From assembly GCA_045106415.1 (NCBI GenBank), contig JBGCEP010000010.1, positions 72,091-136,090 on the forward strand: a stretch of 64,000 nt of DNA, in the 5' to 3' direction. This document shows, in pieces, positions 60,091-64,000 of the stretch. The number at the start of each line of letters is the position of its first letter. The first letter of the stretch is position 1. The notes below the pieces were generated by a model. That model searched no databases. It saw only the letters and a program-made list of their open reading frames with translations, and was not told the origin of the DNA. The stretch comes from Oligoflexales bacterium (lineage in GTDB: Bacteria > Bdellovibrionota_B > Oligoflexia > Oligoflexales > Bog-1112). A program made the translations under genes and the position numbers.

Positions 60091-61365
60091 TTAGGTTCTT
60101 TTTTTAATAAGCTCTTGACCACCCATATAAGGACGAAGAACTTCAGGAATACGAACGTGACCGTCTTTTGTTTGGCAGTTTTCTAAAATAGCTAGGATGA
60201 TTCGTGGATTTGCGCATGCTGTGTTGTTGAGCGTGTATGCAAATGTTTTTTCACCATCCTCATTGTTGTAGCGAATGTTAAGTCTTCTGGCCTGAAAATC
60301 GTAAAAAGTTGAACAGCTATGTGTTTCTCCATAGTTTTCACGTCCAGGCATCCAAGTTTCGATGTCATGTTTACGAACTTGACCCTGACCTAAGTCTCCT
60401 GTGCATACGTAAACCACTCTATATGGGAGGCCTAAAGAGGTGACGATGTGCTCTGCGTTTCCTAAAAGTTCATCGTGGAGTTTTTCGGATAGTTCTTTAT
60501 CAGCGGGAGCAATAATCAACATTTCTGTTTTAGTGAATTGGTGGACGCGATAAAGGCCGCGTGTTGTCTTGCCGTAACTTCCCGCTTCTCTTCGAAAACA
60601 ACTGCTTTGTGTCATAAAACGAATGGGAAGATCTTCCTTGTTGAGAACTTCATCGGAGTGGATGCCACATAGCGGAACTTCACCCGTACCCACCAAGGAA
60701 ACGCCGTCTTGTTCGACGCGATAAGCTTGATCATGCCCCCCTGGGAAGTAGCCTGTACCCTCCATCATGGAGTCTTGTACTAAGACAGGAACAGTAACGG
60801 GTGTGTAATTTTTAGTATGAAGATAGTCCCATACATAACGCATTAGCGCTTGCTCAAGCCTAGCTCCGTCTCCAATGAGAAGCCAAGATCTTGCTCCAGC
60901 TATTTTAACACCGCGCTTAAAGTCTAAAATCCCCAGTGCCTCACCTATTTCAATGTGATTTTTGGGTGTGAAACTAAATTTAGGGACTATTCCTACTTTT
61001 TTGATTTCAACGTTGTCTTCATCGCTTTTCCCAATAGGCACATCGTCACGAGCTGGCTGGGGCACTTTGAGTAAGAGCTCGTGTAGCTTTTCTTTGGTTT
61101 CACGCAGATGAGGTGTCATGTCCTCGAGCTTTGCTTTGATGTCAGAGACCTCTTTGATCAAATTTGGCCGCTCGTCTGATGAGGATTTTGGAATTTGTTT
61201 TGAAATCTGATTTCGTTGTGCGCGAAGGTCTTCAACCTCAGAGAGTAAGTTCTTGTTTTTTTTATCGAGCTCTAAAATCTGAGAGGCGTTTATTGGAAAA
61301 TGCTTATGTGCCGCTGATTTTTCGACGTGTTCAGGGTTTTCTCGAATAAACTGAATATCTAACAT
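60091..61365 (-). CDS. serS: Seryl-tRNA synthetase
   Basis: MLDIQFIREN, FRREAGSYG, RVHQFTKTE, ETHSCS, TLNNT. Confidence 0.97.
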   Translation of the reverse strand: MLDIQFIRENPEHVEKSAAHKHFPINASQILELDKKNKNLLSEVEDLRAQRNQISKQIPKSSSDERPNLIKEVSDIKAKLEDMTPHLRETKEKLHELLLKVPQPARDDVPIGKSDEDNVEIKKVGIVPKFSFTPKNHIEIGEALGILDFKRGVKIAGARSWLLIGDGARLEQALMRYVWDYLHTKNYTPVTVPVLVQDSMMEGTGYFPGGHDQAYRVEQDGVSLVGTGEVPLCGIHSDEVLNKEDLPIRFMTQSSCFRREAGSYGKTTRGLYRVHQFTKTEMLIIAPADKELSEKLHDELLGNAEHIVTSLGLPYRVVYVCTGDLGQGQVRKHDIETWMPGRENYGETHSCSTFYDFQARRLNIRYNNEDGEKTFAYTLNNTACANPRIILAILENCQTKDGHVRIPEVLRPYMGGQELIKKRT

Positions 61366-61614
61366 CGGCCTCTCCAACTTGTTGTGGGCTGTGAATTGAT
61401 TGTCTTTTTGACTATTGTTTTCTGTTTTTATTCTGCTGTGCTTTGAATAAAAACGTGCATAGTCCTTTAGTTTTTAAACGACTGAAAGAATTCAAGCAAG
61501 TGCCTTTTAGGGTCAAGGACTATATGAAATGAGACTTATTCATACCTGTGAGTTGAATCAGAACACGAATTTTGTTATGTCTATGAGCCGTTTCTGAGAT
61601 TTTTTAGGAAGAAC

Positions 61615-62700
61615 ATGTCTATTTTTCAACAGCTAAATCTGCCGCAAAGTCCTAAACTCTTAGCTCCTCTTGCAGGTGTGAGTGATTACCCATTTCGTGT
61701 TGTCTGCGCAGACCACGGTGCTGATTTGAGTTATGTTGAGATGCTTTCAGCGACAGCGCTTGTTCATAGCAGTCAAAAAACTTTTGATATGTTAGCCAAA
61801 CACACTTCTGAAAAAGTTTTAGGAGTTCAACTTACATCTCGAAATGCAGATGAACTCGGAGAAGCTGTCGCTATATTAGACCGTTTTGACTTTCAAACTA
61901 TCGATATTAATATGGGCTGCCCTGTTCGTAAGGTCGTGAGAAACGGTGGCGGGAGTGCGATTCTTCAAGATGTAGAACGAGTCGCCAAGACGGTCGCTGC
62001 TGCTAAAAAATCCACGTTAAAGCCAGTGTCTGCGAAGATCCGTTTGGGTTGGGATCGTCAAAGTTTAAACTATCTTGAGGTTGCAAAAGCTGTTGAGTCA
62101 GAAGGAGCTTGTTGGCTGACCGTGCATGGTCGTACAAGAAGTGATGATTATAGTGCAGCTGTTGATCTTGATGCTTTAGCGCAGATTAAATCTGCGGTCT
62201 CTATCCCGGTCATAGGGAATGGAAATATTTTTAGTGTTTATGATCAAGAGGCCATGTCTAAAACAGGTGTCGATGGTTTTATGGTGAGCCGAGGAGCCTT
62301 AGGAAATCCATGGATTTTTAATGAGCTTAAAGGCTTTGATGCCTCCCCAACTTTAGACGAATGGCAACAAACTGTATTGAAACACATTGCTCTACAAGAA
62401 GAAGCCTACGGTAATCGTCAGCCACCTGTCATTGTGATGCGTAAACATCTTTTGTGGTATTTGAAGGGATGGCCCGGTGGAAAAGCTGTCAGAGAAAAAA
62501 TGAGCCACGTAGTGAGTTTTGAAGAAGCGTCTCGATTGATTTGTGATTTTTCCGATCAACTCAGAGCTCAAGGGTTTGAAAAACGCTTGCCAATTCATCC
62601 GCAAGGTGGAGGGCGTTTTGAGTGGAACCCAATGTATGATATGGATCGTAAGCTTGATAGGGGTGTTGGTGAAGATTGTCTTGAGGTTGCTGAAGCTTAA
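61615..62700 (+). CDS. dusB: tRNA dihydrouridine synthase (DusB-like)
   Basis: LAPLAG, DINMGCP, KIRLG, VHGRT, GNGNI, RGALGNPW. Confidence 0.92.
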   Translation: MSIFQQLNLPQSPKLLAPLAGVSDYPFRVVCADHGADLSYVEMLSATALVHSSQKTFDMLAKHTSEKVLGVQLTSRNADELGEAVAILDRFDFQTIDINMGCPVRKVVRNGGGSAILQDVERVAKTVAAAKKSTLKPVSAKIRLGWDRQSLNYLEVAKAVESEGACWLTVHGRTRSDDYSAAVDLDALAQIKSAVSIPVIGNGNIFSVYDQEAMSKTGVDGFMVSRGALGNPWIFNELKGFDASPTLDEWQQTVLKHIALQEEAYGNRQPPVIVMRKHLLWYLKGWPGGKAVREKMSHVVSFEEASRLICDFSDQLRAQGFEKRLPIHPQGGGRFEWNPMYDMDRKLDRGVGEDCLEVAEA

Positions 62701-62831
62701 TTTGAAATATGAGCAGCAGCAGCCCTAGAACCTATTCATTACATCCCCAATAGATCAGGCTCCTGCTTTTCAACTATTCGATGATTTCTGTTGAGCTTCT
62801 CATTTATCGCAACGTACCACCTCACGAAAAC

Positions 62832-62936
62832 ATGATTGAGTCTGTTACGACATGTGTTTCTATTGGAAAAGCAGCTATAATGCTTGGGATTTCTGTCTCA
62901 GCTATGAGACGGTGGAGTCGGTGCACCCAGCTGTAA
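62832..62936 (+). pseudogene. tnpA: N-terminal HTH fragment of an IS607-type TnpA serine recombinase
   Basis: Translates MIESVTTCVSIGKAAIMLGISVSAMRRW..., like the IS607 MerR-type HTH; ends at omegaRNA copy B. Confidence 0.55.
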
Positions 62937-63095
62937 TAGACCTATCAAAACCGATCCATGTTGGATAAGTTTTGAGCCACTTTCTTGTTTCAACAAGGCC
63001 ACTTTCACTTTTCCCATACGGGAAAAGCCAGAGCTTTCCTCTTCATAAGCTGTCACCGTGCAACTCACGGCCTGATTCTTAAGATTTATCGCTGC
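62928..63095 (-). ncRNA. TnpB right-end/omegaRNA scaffold (copy B), overlapping the tnpB 3' end
   Basis: Follows HDRDINAAINL; hairpins CCGTG/CACGG and TTTTCCC-gtat-GGGAAAA. Confidence 0.75.
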
Positions 63096-63830
63096 ATTGA
63101 TGTCGCGATCGTGATAGCTCCCGCAGTACTCACATGTTCAATCTCGTTGTCCAAGATTTAACTCAGTCTTTTGTGAACAGCTCGGATTTGAACACATCTT
63201 ACTTGATGGAGAAAATCTATCTACGATTATAACCTGACATCCTTTTTGCTTCTCTTTATACAACAGTTGTCGCTTAAAATCATAAAAACCTATATCTAAT
63301 AGACCGAGACAATTTGGAATTCTTCAATATTCGACTCACATTCAGATCTTCAATACCAATCGTTTGAAAACGATTGGTTAGATCACATGTCAATTGATGC
63401 AATGAATTCTGCCTCAGATTTGCAATTCGCGTATGACACTTTTGTACTTGTTCTTTTGCTTTCTGGCGATTTTAGAGTTTTTTCCCTTCGACTTAAAGAT
63501 CCTTTGAAGTCTTTTAAGTCTCTTCAAATAGCATCGATATGCTCTTGGTCCTGATAATTTTTCACCAGTTGATAATGTGGCGAGATGATGGGTATCCCAA
63601 TCCACACCAACGCTCCCTTGGTTTTTAGGGGGGAGTTTGGGGATAACCTTCATCTAAATACTAAAGCTGATGGACCAATGCCCTGAACGTAAGCTAACAA
63701 CTGCAGGTTTAATTTGTCCCTCAAAGCGTATAACTTCACTTATGCGAACCCAGCCGAGTCGAGGGGGTTTAACTTATTTTCCACGAACGACTCATGCATG
63801 ATCTCCTTTTTTTTGAGGTCCGTTGTCGAC
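63050..63830 (-). pseudogene. tnpB: IS607/IS200-IS605-type TnpB pseudogene (stops, frameshifts, 5' part lost)
   Basis: Fragments RLGWVRISE, VGVDW (RuvC-I), IGIEDLNV (RuvC-II), SSKMCSNPSC...CEYC Zn finger, HDRDINAAINL (RuvC-III). Confidence 0.9.
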
Positions 63831-63832
63831 TC

Positions 63833-63995
63833 TAAACCTTAAGAACCAGGTCGTGAGTTGCACGGTGACAGCTTGTGGAGAGGGAAGCTCTGGTTTTCCC
63901 CGTATGGGAGAAGTGAAACTAGTCTTGTTGAAATACAAGGGGATGGCGCAAGAAATATCCAATTTGGGTAGATTTTGATAGGCCCATTACAGCGG
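63833..63995 (+). ncRNA. TnpB right-end/omegaRNA scaffold (copy C), inverted relative to copy B
   Basis: CTTAAGAACCAGGTCGTGAGTTGCACGGTGACAGCTTGTGGAGAGG...TGATAGGCCCATTACAGCGG. Confidence 0.75.
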
Positions 63996-64000
63996 TTGAT

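Noticed and set aside
63414..63653. 79-aa ORF as an intact gene
   Set aside because: It is one fragment of the frameshifted tnpB pseudogene
63050..63830. Domesticated nuclease-dead TldR
   Set aside because: RuvC D/E/D residues are still recognisable and the frame is broken repeatedly, indicating decay
1..64000. tRNA, rRNA, prophage or known defence systems
   Set aside because: None recognised by eye; no covariance or HMM search could be run

Overview
A 64 kb, AT-rich (roughly high-30s % GC by eye) bacterial chromosomal window, mostly housekeeping and motility genes. The flagellin type, abundant orphan lipoproteins and FliA-type promoters suggest a Bdellovibrionota/Oligoflexia-like organism (inference only). 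Contents in order: a truncated ATP/ADP (NTT/Tlc) translocase, mtnC, a giant Ser/Thr-AAA-GAF-His kinase, a lycopene-cyclase-like/ADC-like/flavoprotein operon, an M4/M36-like protease, an A-type cytochrome c oxidase operon, a YeeE-YeeE-persulfide dioxygenase module, an N-domain-less ClpB, a partial legionaminic-acid cluster, two tandem signal-peptide AAA+ ATPases, a che operon with a CheR-CheB fusion, a motB-motB-lipoprotein-motA stator locus, flagellin, ribA, hisS, serS and dusB. Best leads the ORF track misses: (i) three diverged copies of an IS607-type TnpB right-end/omegaRNA scaffold with different downstream putative guides, one orphan and two flanking a decayed tnpB in inverted orientation next to a tnpA fragment; (ii) two motB paralogs that both appear to start at an SD-preceded ATC codon; (iii) a sigma28-driven 37-aa prepilin-like microprotein; (iv) host-exploitation markers (NTT, exported AAA+ pair) in a flagellated, chemotactic genome.
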